64,000 nt of DNA from Bacteroidales bacterium (GCA_041672845.1 JBAYYV010000003.1:38506-102505); one strand, 5' to 3'. Positions 28,742-39,126 are shown, counted from the first letter of the stretch. Translations and numbers: made by a program. Notes: generated by a model not told the origin, from the letters alone.

Positions 28742-30482
28742 GGTTTATAATTTTATTTATTTTTTCTAAATAAGTATTGAATTCTTTACTTTCAAATTTT
28801 GAATAATTCATTTGTTTAAAAATATTAATGACATTTTTATAGAATAAAGAACAATCTTCAAATGTTTCAAATTCTTTTTTCATATCACATACTTCTAACA
28901 CTTTTAGTAACATAAATTTCTGTCTCGGAATAGGAGTAGAAGCATCTATGTCATCGAATGCATCTTGTTGTAAGATGACAAAATCTATTAATTCTGATTT
29001 CCAGTAATTTTCATGATATAAAATAGGTACGCCATCATCACCTAAAATGTTAATTTGTTCGTAAGCTTCTTTACCTCTTAAAGTAATAGTTTTAGCTTTA
29101 GTAATACTTTCGGTCCAATGAGAGTCTATTTTTTCATTTAAGTAAGTTTGAATTTCAGGATATTCCAGATATTTAGAATAAGAATCTATAGGGTCGACAG
29201 CAGGATATCTTTTAGAGTCTGCGCGCTGCTGCGACAATGCGTAAAAGCATCTAGCAGCTTTCTTAGTAGATTCAGTCACAGGTTCTTTTAAGTTACCACC
29301 CGCAGGAGATACAGTACCTATGAAGGTAACAGCACCAGTTTTTCCATTATTTAAAACTACCATACCAGCGCGAGCATAGAAACTGGAAATAATAGCAGAT
29401 AAGTCTACGGGAAAAGCGTCAGCACCTGGTAATTCTTCCATCCGGTTAGACATTTCACGAAGAGCTTGTGCCCATCTAGAAGTCGAGTCAGCAAGTAATA
29501 AAGCTGTAAGTCCCATAGCTCTGTAATATTCGCAAAGAGTCATGGCTGTATATACAGAAGCTTCACGAGCAGCTACTGGCATATTAGAAGTATTACAAAC
29601 AATAATAGTTCTTTCCATAAGGGATCTACCGCTACGAGGATCTATAAGTCTAGGGAACTCAGTGAAGATCTCCACTACCTCATTAGCTCTTTCACCACAA
29701 GCTGCATTTACGATAACATCAGCATCACCTTGTTTAGCAATGGAATGCTGTAAAACAGTTTTACCACACCCGAAAGGTCCAGGTATGAAACCAGTACCAC
29801 CGACAGCTATAGGATTTAAGGTATCGATACATCTAACACCTGTCTCCATAATCTTATTTGGTCTTGGTTTTTCTTTATAACATTTTATAGGAACTTTAAC
29901 TGGCCATTTTTGAATCATGGTAACTTTTACATCTTCTCCCTTCTCGTTGGTTAAAACTGCAATAGTGTCATTTATATTATATTCACCAGCTTCAGTTATA
30001 GATTTAACTGTATAAGTTCCTTTGAAACTAAATGGAACCATAATTTTATGAGGTAACCAGCCTTCTTTAACTTCTCCTAGCCAGTCTGCTGCTATTACAT
30101 TATCTCCGATTTTAGCTTCAGGAATAAATTCCCAAAGTTTAGTATCATTTAATGCTGCTGTATATTCTCCTTTTTTTAAGAATACACTTTCCATAGTAGC
30201 TAAATTGTTCTGTAAACCATCGAAGTTAGAAGAAAGAAGTCCAGGTCCTAATGTTATTTCTAACATATGTCCTTCAAATTCCACTTTATCTCCAGTTTTC
30301 ATCCCTCGAGTACTTTCGAATACTTGGACGAAAGCGTCTTCCTTGGTTACTTTAATTACCTCAGCCATTAATGCTATCCCACCCACATTTATGTGGCAGA
30401 TTTCATTTTGAGCACAAGGACCATCGACTCGGACGGTAACCAAGTTCGAAATGATACCCGTAACTTTTCCTGTGGTTTTCAT
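28731..30482 (-). CDS. V-type ATPase catalytic subunit A
   Basis: Walker A GPFGCGKTV, GERANEV and LLADSTSRWAQALRE; 583 aa. Confidence 0.95.
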   Translation of the reverse strand: MKTTGKVTGIISNLVTVRVDGPCAQNEICHINVGGIALMAEVIKVTKEDAFVQVFESTRGMKTGDKVEFEGHMLEITLGPGLLSSNFDGLQNNLATMESVFLKKGEYTAALNDTKLWEFIPEAKIGDNVIAADWLGEVKEGWLPHKIMVPFSFKGTYTVKSITEAGEYNINDTIAVLTNEKGEDVKVTMIQKWPVKVPIKCYKEKPRPNKIMETGVRCIDTLNPIAVGGTGFIPGPFGCGKTVLQHSIAKQGDADVIVNAACGERANEVVEIFTEFPRLIDPRSGRSLMERTIIVCNTSNMPVAAREASVYTAMTLCEYYRAMGLTALLLADSTSRWAQALREMSNRMEELPGADAFPVDLSAIISSFYARAGMVVLNNGKTGAVTFIGTVSPAGGNLKEPVTESTKKAARCFYALSQQRADSKRYPAVDPIDSYSKYLEYPEIQTYLNEKIDSHWTESITKAKTITLRGKEAYEQINILGDDGVPILYHENYWKSELIDFVILQQDAFDDIDASTPIPRQKFMLLKVLEVCDMKKEFETFEDCSLFYKNVINIFKQMNYSKFESKEFNTYLEKINKIINHVD

Positions 30483-31084
30483 TATTTCTTATTTTGTTTA
30501 TTATTTATTCCTTTATATGTACCTCGTACTTCTTGTACAAGTCTTTCAAAGAGTCGTGCACCTTCTTCTTTATCCATACGACTCCAACGATCTACTAATT
30601 TAGCTTTAGCTAGAAAAGCAAGAACCACATTCATATTGAAATATTCAAAAGTAACTATATCGGAAATTTTTTTCCATTTTAAATTATCTAGTTTTCTTTC
30701 TCTATCTATGATATTAGAAATAGAAAAAATAGTTTTAATTTCTTGATATTCCTCAAATTCTGTATCTATCGGATCGATAGTGTAGAGGCTTGCATCTTTT
30801 GATTCTTTTTTAGCAATTAGAATAGAAAGAGTATTTCTAATATTTTTATCGAAAGTTAAATAATCCCGAATGAAAGTATTCGTGGATTTAGCTACTCTAT
30901 CATAATATGTATGGCAGAGATTTTCTTCGACAAAATTAAATTCAAACCAATCTACTAATCGTCGATCAGTTTTAGATAATTCTTGGACAATATTATTCCT
31001 AAAATCATCATAATGAAATTCAGCAGAATCGAAATCTGCTGTAAGTTCTGGTAGCCCTGTAATAATATAATAATAGTTATCCAT
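30482..31084 (-). CDS. DUF2764 protein (Bacteroidota V-ATPase operon component, C-subunit-like position)
   Basis: 200-aa ORF between the E and A subunit genes, beginning YYYIITGLPEL. Its stop overlaps the A start by 1 nt (TAATG). Confidence 0.65.
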   Translation of the reverse strand: MDNYYYIITGLPELTADFDSAEFHYDDFRNNIVQELSKTDRRLVDWFEFNFVEENLCHTYYDRVAKSTNTFIRDYLTFDKNIRNTLSILIAKKESKDASLYTIDPIDTEFEEYQEIKTIFSISNIIDRERKLDNLKWKKISDIVTFEYFNMNVVLAFLAKAKLVDRWSRMDKEEGARLFERLVQEVRGTYKGINNKQNKK

Positions 31085-31096
31085 AAATAATTATAA

Positions 31097-31708
31097 TTAT
31101 CCGAATAACAATTTTCTAGTATTAGGTCTCAAATATTCAGCAAATAGAGCTTCGAAATCTTCAGAAGTAAAATTAAGCATATAACCTTGATTTGCTGGAC
31201 CTATTTTAAATCCATTAGTTATGTTTTTACTATATTTAATTTCAAGACCTTTATTCAGAGTATCGATAACTTTATTATTTATGAGTTTCTGAAAATCATC
31301 TTTCATATTTTCAGGAAGTAGAAGATTAAGAGAAATGTTATCTTCATTATTTGGTTCAAATTTTTCAATTAAAGTATTGATTAATTTAGATAAAAAATCC
31401 GTATCTAACATATTAGCTTTAATAGGATCTTGAATAGCTTTAGCTATGATTAAACTCTCTATTTGTTGCTTAACAGAAGAGATGGTTTGTGTAGTAGCCA
31501 TTACAGTATCCTTGCTAGTTTTTGTCTTTAATTCTTCAGCCTCTTTTTTGGCTGACGCCAATATGGTTTTAGCTTTTTCAGTGGCTTCAGATATGATAGT
31601 ATTTGCTTCTTTTTTAGCACTTAACTTCATTTCTTCAGCTTCCTTTTTTCCTTTAGACAAACCTTCGGAGTACAGTTTGTTAGTTAATTCTTGCAGTTTG
31701 TTTTGCAT
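31097..31708 (-). CDS. V-type ATPase subunit E
   Basis: Charged coiled-coil N-terminus (KKEAEEMKLSAKKEA...). The start is set at MQNKLQEL (31708); the ORF track extends to 31765. Confidence 0.75.
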   Translation of the reverse strand: MQNKLQELTNKLYSEGLSKGKKEAEEMKLSAKKEANTIISEATEKAKTILASAKKEAEELKTKTSKDTVMATTQTISSVKQQIESLIIAKAIQDPIKANMLDTDFLSKLINTLIEKFEPNNEDNISLNLLLPENMKDDFQKLINNKVIDTLNKGLEIKYSKNITNGFKIGPANQGYMLNFTSEDFEALFAEYLRPNTRKLLFG

Positions 31709-31779
31709 AAGTTTTATTTTAATAATAAAGTCAGTCAAAGATAAGATTTTCTGAATAAATATCAAACTTCTAAACGCAT

Positions 31780-31811
31780 AAAAGAAGTCGGATTTTAATC
31801 CGACTTCTTTT
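31780..31811. terminator. Hairpin terminator downstream of the decarboxylase beta-subunit gene
   Basis: AAAAGAAGTCGGAT-TTTA-ATCCGACTTCTTTT, a perfect long stem with flanking T and A runs. It separates the mmd operon from the V-ATPase operon. Confidence 0.7.
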
Positions 31812-31853
31812 TAAATACGATATAAAATCGATATGTAATAAATCTTAAAATCT

Positions 31854-32999
31854 TTAAGCTAAGAATCCAAGTAATAGACCAGCTGCGACAGCACTTCCGA
31901 TGACACCTGCTACGTTAGGTCCCATGGCATGCATTAATAAGTAGTTAGTAGGGTCGTATTTTAGACCTTGACACATAGATACTCTAGCTGCATCTGGTAC
32001 TGCTGATACGCCAGCGTTTCCGATAAGAGGATTGATTTTGTTTCCAGGTTTTAAGAACATGTTCATAATCTTCACGAATAATACACCACAGAATGTAGCC
32101 ATTACAAATGAAAGTGCTCCAATTCCAAAAATTTTAATTGAACTAAGTTGTAAGAATTTGTCTGCTTGTGTAGAACATCCTACTGTTAACCCGATTAAAA
32201 TAGTAACTATATCTATTAGAGGACCACTTGCTGTATTGGCTAAACGACGAGTAACACCACTTTCTTTAAGAAGGTTACCGAAGAATAACATACCTAAAAG
32301 AGGAATACCTGAAGGTACTATAAAAGCAGTAGTAAGGAAACCTATAATAGGGAAGATTCTCTTTTCAGTAGGAGAAACAGCCCTAGGGGCTTTCATTCTA
32401 ATTAATCTTTCTTTTTTACTAGTAAGTAATTTCATAATAGGAGGTTGGATAACAGGTACTAAGGCCATATATGAGTATGCCGATACGGCTATAGCTCCCA
32501 TAAGGTCTGGTGCTAATCTAGAAGATAGAAATATAGCAGTAGGACCATCAGCACCACCGATAATACCTATAGCTCCAGCTTCTGCAGGTCCGAATCCGAT
32601 AGCGAGAGCTAGGGAATAAGCACCGAAGATCCCGAATTGAGCGGCAGCTCCTATAAGAAGAAGTTTTGGATTGGATATTAAAGAAGAGAAGTCTGTCATC
32701 GCACCTATACCTAAGAAAATTAATGGAGGATAGAATCCTTTCTTAACACCATAGTATAAGATATTCAATACTGAACCATCTTCATAAACTCCAATGTTCA
32801 AGCCTTGCATCATAGGAATATTACCTATGATAATACCAAATCCAATAGGAATTAATAACATTGGTTCCCATTCTTTCTTAATGGCAAGATATATGAATAA
32901 AAGACCTATCGCTATCATAATAAGATATTGATAGTTAGCGTTAGCGAAACCAGTATATTGGTAAAATTGTTTTAGATTTTCAATTATTGTACTGTTCAT
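31854..32999 (-). CDS. mmdB: Na+-translocating decarboxylase beta subunit (MmdB/OadB family)
   Basis: 381-aa polytopic membrane protein with OadB-type motifs (GIGAMTDF, GGADGPT, NAGVSAVP). Confidence 0.9.
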   Translation of the reverse strand: MNSTIIENLKQFYQYTGFANANYQYLIMIAIGLLFIYLAIKKEWEPMLLIPIGFGIIIGNIPMMQGLNIGVYEDGSVLNILYYGVKKGFYPPLIFLGIGAMTDFSSLISNPKLLLIGAAAQFGIFGAYSLALAIGFGPAEAGAIGIIGGADGPTAIFLSSRLAPDLMGAIAVSAYSYMALVPVIQPPIMKLLTSKKERLIRMKAPRAVSPTEKRIFPIIGFLTTAFIVPSGIPLLGMLFFGNLLKESGVTRRLANTASGPLIDIVTILIGLTVGCSTQADKFLQLSSIKIFGIGALSFVMATFCGVLFVKIMNMFLKPGNKINPLIGNAGVSAVPDAARVSMCQGLKYDPTNYLLMHAMGPNVAGVIGSAVAAGLLLGFLA

Positions 33000-33003
33000 T
33001 TTA

Positions 33004-33447
33004 TTATTCTATTACAGCTAATGCTACTCCTTCAAGCACTGAGTCGCCTTTGGTTACATTAATACTTTTTATTTTTCCATTAATAGGAGATTGAATTTCA
33101 TTCTCCATTTTCATAGCTTCTAGCATAAGAATAACCTGGCCTTTTTTAACTTCATCACCTTCTTTGCAGTTAACGCTAAGGATGACTCCTGGAAGTGGTG
33201 AAGGTACAGAAGTTCCTTCTCCAGTAGAAGTAGATGGTTTAGAAACAGGTGTAGGTAGAGGTGCTATAGGTGCTTGGTTAGTACTTACAGAACGAACCAT
33301 ATTTATTTCTTTATGTTTGGTAATAGGCTTTTCAAATTCAACGTTAAAACTAGTACCGTTAACTTCTACGGAAGCCTTGGTATTTTCTAAGTCATTAATG
33401 GCTACATTATAGTCATTGCCGTTTATTTTTAGCTTGTAATTTTTCAT
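33004..33447 (-). CDS. mmdC: Biotin carboxyl carrier subunit (MmdC-like)
   Basis: C-terminal biotinyl domain with EAMKMENEI and a Pro/Ser/Thr-rich linker. Confidence 0.9.
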   Translation of the reverse strand: MKNYKLKINGNDYNVAINDLENTKASVEVNGTSFNVEFEKPITKHKEINMVRSVSTNQAPIAPLPTPVSKPSTSTGEGTSVPSPLPGVILSVNCKEGDEVKKGQVILMLEAMKMENEIQSPINGKIKSINVTKGDSVLEGVALAVIE

Positions 33448-34373
33448 TATATCCTCTTTTTCTTATTTTTTCTTTGTGGTGTTTGACGAATACCTCTAAT
33501 TTTTTGTGACCAAGGTGAATATTGCTTATTAGTATGTGACATAGTAATAGTAAGACTTTCCTCATCATGAGCTTCACTTTCTTGTCTATAAAGATGTAAT
33601 CCCATAGCGATAGCTGCATATACTTCATTAGAAGTTTCAGCCACATTTATATTAGCTTCACCTTTCTTTTTAGAAACTTTATCTGATGTTTCTTGTAAGT
33701 GTTTTACAGAAACTTTTCCAGTAAATTTGAAAATAAAGACAAGTAATATTAAAGCTATGAATACTACACTCATACAAGTAATAGCCATAAGAAATCCTTT
33801 AGGATCGACCTTAGCCATTTTCATGGATTTAGTTTCCGTAATTCTTTCTACGTTACTAGCATTAGCAGTAGCTGTAGGGAATACTTCCCAAGGAACATTA
33901 GAACCATCAATAGATCCTTCACCGTCAATGATTCTACCAAAGGATTGGTTTTCAGTAAGTTCAGGAACAGTGATTCTATCTACTATATTTACTCCATCAG
34001 AAGATGTAAAATAAAGAGTATCCCCAGCTGCTATTTTGAAATTAGCATAAAATGTGCCTATTGCTTCAGCATTAAACCAAATAATACGAAATTGACGAGG
34101 CTTAACATAAGTTCGTGCATCATTTTTAGTTATTTGATGTTTTTTTAAATTATTTCTATCGTTAGAAATGAAACATCCACCCATTTTAACTGTACCAAAA
34201 GAAGAGTTAAATATTTCTAACCACTGGCTGTGTTGACCATATTTATCTAATGCATTAGTCGTATTATGTAACATAACCTCATTTAGACGTATGTCTCCTT
34301 GATTTTGTGCACAAATACATACAGAAAAAAGTAAAACAGATATCAGTATTATTATTTTCTTCATATTCTTCAT
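33447..34373 (-). CDS. Lamin-tail-domain (LTD) protein fused to an OadG-like membrane anchor (decarboxylase small subunit)
   Basis: Signal peptide followed by an LTD pattern (IRLNEVMLHN...SQWLEIFNSSFGTVKMGGCFIS). Then a TM helix FLMAITCMSVVFIALILLVFIF and an OadG-type tail (EVYAAIAMGLHLY). The start is set at 34373 to avoid overlap with mmdA. Confidence 0.6.
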   Translation of the reverse strand: MKNMKKIIILISVLLFSVCICAQNQGDIRLNEVMLHNTTNALDKYGQHSQWLEIFNSSFGTVKMGGCFISNDRNNLKKHQITKNDARTYVKPRQFRIIWFNAEAIGTFYANFKIAAGDTLYFTSSDGVNIVDRITVPELTENQSFGRIIDGEGSIDGSNVPWEVFPTATANASNVERITETKSMKMAKVDPKGFLMAITCMSVVFIALILLVFIFKFTGKVSVKHLQETSDKVSKKKGEANINVAETSNEVYAAIAMGLHLYRQESEAHDEESLTITMSHTNKQYSPWSQKIRGIRQTPQRKNKKKRI

Positions 34374-34374
34374 A

Positions 34375-35937
34375 TTATAGAGGAATGTTATCATGTTTCT
34401 TAGCAGGGTTAGAAAGCTGTTTATTAGCTAACTGTTCTAAAGCTCTGATAATGCGGAAACGAGTGTTTCTAGGTTCGATTACATCATCTATATAACCATA
34501 ACTGGCTGCTTGATAAGGATTACTAAATAATTCATCATATTCTTTCTTCTTCTCAGCAGCAATTTCAGCTTTTTTATTAGGATCTTCTTCAGCTTTAATA
34601 GCTTTAGCATATAATACTGATACAGCACCATCGGCGCCCATAACAGCGATATTTGCTGAAGGCCAAGCATAATTAATATCACCTCTAAGCTGCTTGCAAC
34701 TCATGACAATATGAGATCCACCATAAGATTTTCTTAATGTAATAGTAATCTTAGGAACAGTAGCTTCACCATATGCAAACATAAGTTTAGCACCGTGAAG
34801 AATGATACCATTATATTCTTGTTGTGTACCAGGTAAAAATCCAGGAACATCTACAAGTGTAACAATAGGGATATTAAATGCGTCGCAGAAGCGTACAAAT
34901 CTAGCAGCTTTTCTAGAAGCATTGCTGTCTAGCACACCAGCTAAATATTTAGGCTGATTAGCTACTATACCACAAGAAGTACCACCAAAACGTGCAAAAC
35001 CTACTATAATATTTTTAGCCCATTCAGCATGAACTTCCATAAATTTACCATCATCGACGATATCACCTATTACTTTATACATATCGTAAGGTGTATTAGG
35101 ATTGTCAGGAATGATTTCGTTAAGAGAATCTTCTAGACGGTCGATAGGGTCGTTGGTCGCTACGTATGGAGCTTCTTCCATATTGTTTTGAGGAATATAA
35201 CTTAATAAGTTTTTGATTACCTCAAATACATCTTCTTCTGTTTCACACGCAAAATGTGATACTCCACTTTTAGATGCATGTACCATGGCACCACCTAATT
35301 GTTCTTGAGTTACATTTTCTCCAGTTACTGATTTTACTACTCCAGGACCTGTAAGGAACATATAACTAGTACCTTCAGCCATTATAACGTAGTCCGTAAG
35401 AGCAGGAGAATAAACTGCACCACCAGCACAAGGACCTAAGATAGCAGATATTTGGGGAATAACACCTGAAGCTAAAATATTTCTTTGGAATATTTCAGCA
35501 TAACCACCTAAAGCTGTGATACCTTCTTGGATTCTTGCTCCACCTGAATCGTTAAGACCAATACAAGGTGCTCCCATCTTCATAGATTCATCCATGATTT
35601 TACAAATCTTCTTAGACATCGTCTCAGATAATGATCCCCCAAATACTGTAAAGTCTTGAGCAAAGATATAAACAAGTCTTCCATTAATAGTACCATAACC
35701 TGTTATGACACCATCTCCTAAAAATTTATTAGCATCCATACCGAAGTTTGTACAACGATGTGTTACAAACATATCGTATTCTTCGAAACTACCATCGTCT
35801 AAAAGTAATGAGATTCTTTCACGTGCGGTATATTTACCTTTTTTGTGTTGAGAATCGATTCTTTTTTGACCTCCTCCAATACGTGCCTTGTCGCGTAATT
35901 CTATTAAAGATTTGATTTTTTTAAGCTGTTCGCTCAT
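34375..35937 (-). CDS. mmdA: Methylmalonyl-CoA decarboxylase alpha subunit (carboxyltransferase)
   Basis: 520 aa in the AccD/PccB carboxyltransferase family ([46 protein letters not shown]...AGVLD). Confidence 0.92.
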   Translation of the reverse strand: MSEQLKKIKSLIELRDKARIGGGQKRIDSQHKKGKYTARERISLLLDDGSFEEYDMFVTHRCTNFGMDANKFLGDGVITGYGTINGRLVYIFAQDFTVFGGSLSETMSKKICKIMDESMKMGAPCIGLNDSGGARIQEGITALGGYAEIFQRNILASGVIPQISAILGPCAGGAVYSPALTDYVIMAEGTSYMFLTGPGVVKSVTGENVTQEQLGGAMVHASKSGVSHFACETEEDVFEVIKNLLSYIPQNNMEEAPYVATNDPIDRLEDSLNEIIPDNPNTPYDMYKVIGDIVDDGKFMEVHAEWAKNIIVGFARFGGTSCGIVANQPKYLAGVLDSNASRKAARFVRFCDAFNIPIVTLVDVPGFLPGTQQEYNGIILHGAKLMFAYGEATVPKITITLRKSYGGSHIVMSCKQLRGDINYAWPSANIAVMGADGAVSVLYAKAIKAEEDPNKKAEIAAEKKKEYDELFSNPYQAASYGYIDDVIEPRNTRFRIIRALEQLANKQLSNPAKKHDNIPL

Positions 35938-35956
35938 TTTCTTGGTTTTTTAGTTA

Positions 35957-36367
35957 TTATTTTGGTTTATGACAAAGTTCTGTAAGAATACCACAAGTAG
36001 ATTTAGGATGAAGAAAAGCTATTTCTAATCCTTCAGCACCATCCCGAGGTGTTTTATCAATAAGTCTAATGCCTTTTTCTGAAGCATCTATTAATGCTTC
36101 TTGAACGCCAGTTTCAGTAGCAAAAGCTAAATGATGCATACCTTCTCCTTTCTTCTCTATGAATTTAGCAATATTGCCGTCAGGAGTAGTACTTTCAAGT
36201 AATTCAAGTTTAGTTTGTCCTATTTTAAGAAAAGCAGTTTTTACATGCTGATCTTTAACTTCTTCAATGTTATAACATTTAAGTCCAAGAACATTTTCGA
36301 AATAAGGAAGTGCTGCATCAATAGATTTAACAGCTATCCCTATGTGATCTATATGAGATAATTTCAT
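35957..36367 (-). CDS. Methylmalonyl-CoA epimerase (VOC/glyoxalase fold)
   Basis: 136 aa with IDHIGIAV, ELLE, GEGMHHLAF and FLHPKS, directly upstream of mmdA. Confidence 0.85.
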   Translation of the reverse strand: MKLSHIDHIGIAVKSIDAALPYFENVLGLKCYNIEEVKDQHVKTAFLKIGQTKLELLESTTPDGNIAKFIEKKGEGMHHLAFATETGVQEALIDASEKGIRLIDKTPRDGAEGLEIAFLHPKSTCGILTELCHKPK

Positions 36368-36382
36368 TTTATTGAATTTTAT

Positions 36383-37129
36383 TTATTCATCATTTTCGTC
36401 ATCACTAGTATCTAGAGTATGATAAATGTTAAGAACATCTTCATCTTCTTCTAATTTAGAAATAAGACCATCTAGACCTTCTCTCTGAGATTTCTGTAAT
36501 TTAATTAATTCTATATTAGCAAATCTAACGAACTGACCTGATACTAATTCATAACCATGGTCTTCAATGTATGTCTGAATATTACCGAAAGATTCAAAAG
36601 CACCATAAATACCTATGATATTTTCTTTTTCATTAGCTATGAACACTTCTTCACCACCGAAATCGATAAGATCTAATTCTAATTCATCTAAATCAAGTTC
36701 TTTACCAGGTTTCATTTTGAAAACACATTTTCGGTCAAACATGAATTCTACACTACCTTGAGTTCCTAGACTACCACCATGTTTAGTGAAATAACTTCTT
36801 ATATTAGCTACAGTACGATTATTGTTATTAGTAGCCGTTTCGATAAGGAATGCGATTCCATGAGGACCGTAACCTTCATATATTATCTCCTTATAATCAG
36901 AAACATCTTTTTCATATGAATTTTTGATTGCCCTTTCCACATTGGCTTTAGGCATATTTTCGGAATGAGCTGTAGAAATAAGAGTTCTAAGTCTAGGATT
37001 GTGCGCGGGATCAGCACCACCTTGCTTGGCAGCAATAGTGATTTCTTTTCCTATTCTAGTAAATGTACGGGCCATATTGCCCCAGCGTTTAAACTTACGC
37101 TCTTTTCTAAATTCGAAAGCTCTTCCCAT
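36383..37129 (-). CDS. YebC/PmpR family DNA-binding regulator
   Basis: N-terminal GRAFEFRKERKFKRW and EGYGPHGIAF. Confidence 0.9.
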   Translation of the reverse strand: MGRAFEFRKERKFKRWGNMARTFTRIGKEITIAAKQGGADPAHNPRLRTLISTAHSENMPKANVERAIKNSYEKDVSDYKEIIYEGYGPHGIAFLIETATNNNNRTVANIRSYFTKHGGSLGTQGSVEFMFDRKCVFKMKPGKELDLDELELDLIDFGGEEVFIANEKENIIGIYGAFESFGNIQTYIEDHGYELVSGQFVRFANIELIKLQKSQREGLDGLISKLEEDEDVLNIYHTLDTSDDENDE

Positions 37130-37130
37130 C

Positions 37131-37808
37131 TTATTTAATATTTAATCTAGTTATGTATTTATCTATCTCACTACCTTCATAGGTATTAGGATAATTATCT
37201 TTAATTTCTTGGTAATATTTTAAAGCTTGATCTTTATTACCTAATTCTTCACTAGCTATACCAGCTTTTAATAAATAAGAAGCACTGAACTGATTATTAG
37301 CTAATTTAGAAGCTTTAACATAATTACTAACAGCATTCTTAAAGTCATTATTTATAGAATAAGCATCACCCACACAGCTAAGAGCTCTACCCATTAAAAT
37401 AGGATCATCAGAATCAAATTTCTTTAAGTAAGAAATAGCTTCCTCAGCTTTGTTAGTTTTTAATGCAGAAACACCAGCATAAAAATAAACGACTTCACCG
37501 GCTTTACTACCATATTCGTCTATTATTTGAGAGAAACCTAAAGCATTGCCGTCACCGTTTAAGGCAGCATCATAATTCTCAGCCCTAAAAAGCTGTTCAG
37601 CTACAAACATTTGACCAAGGGCTTCTTTTTTAAGGGGTTTTACATAGAACTGCATAACAGCCATATAAATAGCTACAATAGCTATGAGTATAATAAGTCC
37701 CCATGTAAGTAATTTCCCGTATTTCTGTATGAAAATTTCAGTTTTAGAAAATACTTCTCCTACATTTTGTGCAGTTTCATTATGCACGTTTTTATTATTA
37801 TTAGACAT
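37131..37808 (-). CDS. Membrane-anchored TPR-repeat protein (YfgM-like)
   Basis: A single N-terminal TM helix followed by TPR-like repeats (AEEAISYLKK, ALKYYQEIKDNYP). Confidence 0.6.
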   Translation of the reverse strand: MSNNNKNVHNETAQNVGEVFSKTEIFIQKYGKLLTWGLIILIAIVAIYMAVMQFYVKPLKKEALGQMFVAEQLFRAENYDAALNGDGNALGFSQIIDEYGSKAGEVVYFYAGVSALKTNKAEEAISYLKKFDSDDPILMGRALSCVGDAYSINNDFKNAVSNYVKASKLANNQFSASYLLKAGIASEELGNKDQALKYYQEIKDNYPNTYEGSEIDKYITRLNIK

Positions 37809-37845
37809 ATTTTATAGTTTATTATTTTGATTCATTATTATCTCG

Positions 37846-37853
37846 CAAATATA
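37846..37853 (-). promoter_or_regulatory. -7 promoter box (TATATTTG on minus strand) for the TPR-yebC-mce-mmd transcription unit
   Basis: The plus strand reads CAAATATA, 38 nt upstream of the ATG at 37808. Confidence 0.4.
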
Positions 37854-37885
37854 GGAAAAAACTATAAAACCCTACCTATTTTTTC

Positions 37886-37893
37886 TATCTTTG
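37886..37893 (+). promoter_or_regulatory. -7 promoter box (TATCTTTG) for recF
   Basis: 22 nt upstream of the ATG at 37915. Confidence 0.45.
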
Positions 37894-37914
37894 TAAAAGA
37901 AAAAAGCTAACCTA

Positions 37915-39018
37915 ATGTATCTAGAGAAAATAATTCTATCAAATTTTAAAAATATTGCTTCATGCGAAGTGACTTTTTCACCGAACCTAAATGTTATTTG
38001 TGGGAATAATGGTGAGGGAAAAACTAATTTTTTAGATGCTATACATTATCTTTCTATGACTAAATCTTTTTCTAATAGTTCTGATAAATTCACTTATTCT
38101 TATGATGCTGAGCAGTGCACTTTATTTGGGAATTATTTTTTAAAAGGACAAAAAGAAAAAATAGCTATAAAGGTAAGGGCTAAAGGAGATAAAATAGTTA
38201 AGCGTAATGATAAATCTTATCCCAAAATATCAGAACATATAGGCCTTTTACCAGTCGTTATGATTTCTCCGTCTGATACAGCATTGATAAATGCATCTGG
38301 AGAAGACAGAAGACGTTTCTTAAATATGATTCTTTCTCAGTTAGATTCTAAATATCTTAAATCTTTACAATCTTATAATAGGGTATTAGTGCAGAGGAAT
38401 CATTGTCTTAAAATCCCAAACCCTTCATGGTTGTTAATTGATACTTTCTCAGAAAAATTAGCAAAAGATGCTGATTATATTTACTTGAAAAGAAAAGAGT
38501 TAATAGAAAAATTATCAATAGGTCTGAAAGATTATTATAGTATTATATCAGGAAATAAAGAACAAGTCTATATGTCATATACATCTGATTTGAATAAAGC
38601 TACTTTATTAGATTTACTAGAAAATAATAAAGAAAGAGATACTATATTAAAATATACTTCTTGCGGAGTTCAGAGAGATGACATATCATTTGTTATGAAT
38701 GATTATCCATTAAAGAAATGTGCTTCTCAAGGTCAACAGAAATCGTTTCTTATTTCATTAAAGATGTCCCAATATAGTCTTATGAAAGAGCAATATGGTT
38801 TCCGTCCCATACTATTATTAGATGACGTCTTCGATAAATTAGATGCTTCTCGTGTGAAATTCCTTATTAATATGGTAGCCGAAGAAGGTTTTGGACAAAT
38901 ATTTATCACTGATTCAAATAAAGTTAGAATAGCCAAATTAGTTAATTCTATAACTGACGAGAATAAATTCTTTTTAGTTCGTAATGGAGAAATAGAAGAG
39001 ACTACTGAAATAGATTAA
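37915..39018 (+). CDS. recF: DNA replication and repair protein RecF
   Basis: Walker A GNNGEGKTNFLDA, SMC-like signature SQGQQKS and Walker B LLLDDVFDKLD. Confidence 0.93.
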   Translation: MYLEKIILSNFKNIASCEVTFSPNLNVICGNNGEGKTNFLDAIHYLSMTKSFSNSSDKFTYSYDAEQCTLFGNYFLKGQKEKIAIKVRAKGDKIVKRNDKSYPKISEHIGLLPVVMISPSDTALINASGEDRRRFLNMILSQLDSKYLKSLQSYNRVLVQRNHCLKIPNPSWLLIDTFSEKLAKDADYIYLKRKELIEKLSIGLKDYYSIISGNKEQVYMSYTSDLNKATLLDLLENNKERDTILKYTSCGVQRDDISFVMNDYPLKKCASQGQQKSFLISLKMSQYSLMKEQYGFRPILLLDDVFDKLDASRVKFLINMVAEEGFGQIFITDSNKVRIAKLVNSITDENKFFLVRNGEIEETTEID

Positions 39019-39126
39019 ATCTAATGCCCATAATTAAAGCTAATTTCTATAATTAAGGCCCTACATTAAGGCTGATACCTACAATAATAAAGATTATAAT
39101 TACATAAAAAGATTAGTAGAAAATAA

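Noticed and set aside
5716-34682. Antisense or shadow ORFs inside well-supported genes: 5716-5931, 12737-13009, 22190-22423, 25521-25763, 26571-26792, 29542-29880, 30205-30411, 30393-30746, 31446-31754, 32032-32619, 33164-33412, 33413-33646, 33727-34014, 33945-34148, 34307-34495, 34488-34682
   Set aside because: Each overlaps a strongly recognisable gene on the other strand or in another frame. Their translations are low-complexity with no motifs. They are typical shadow ORFs.
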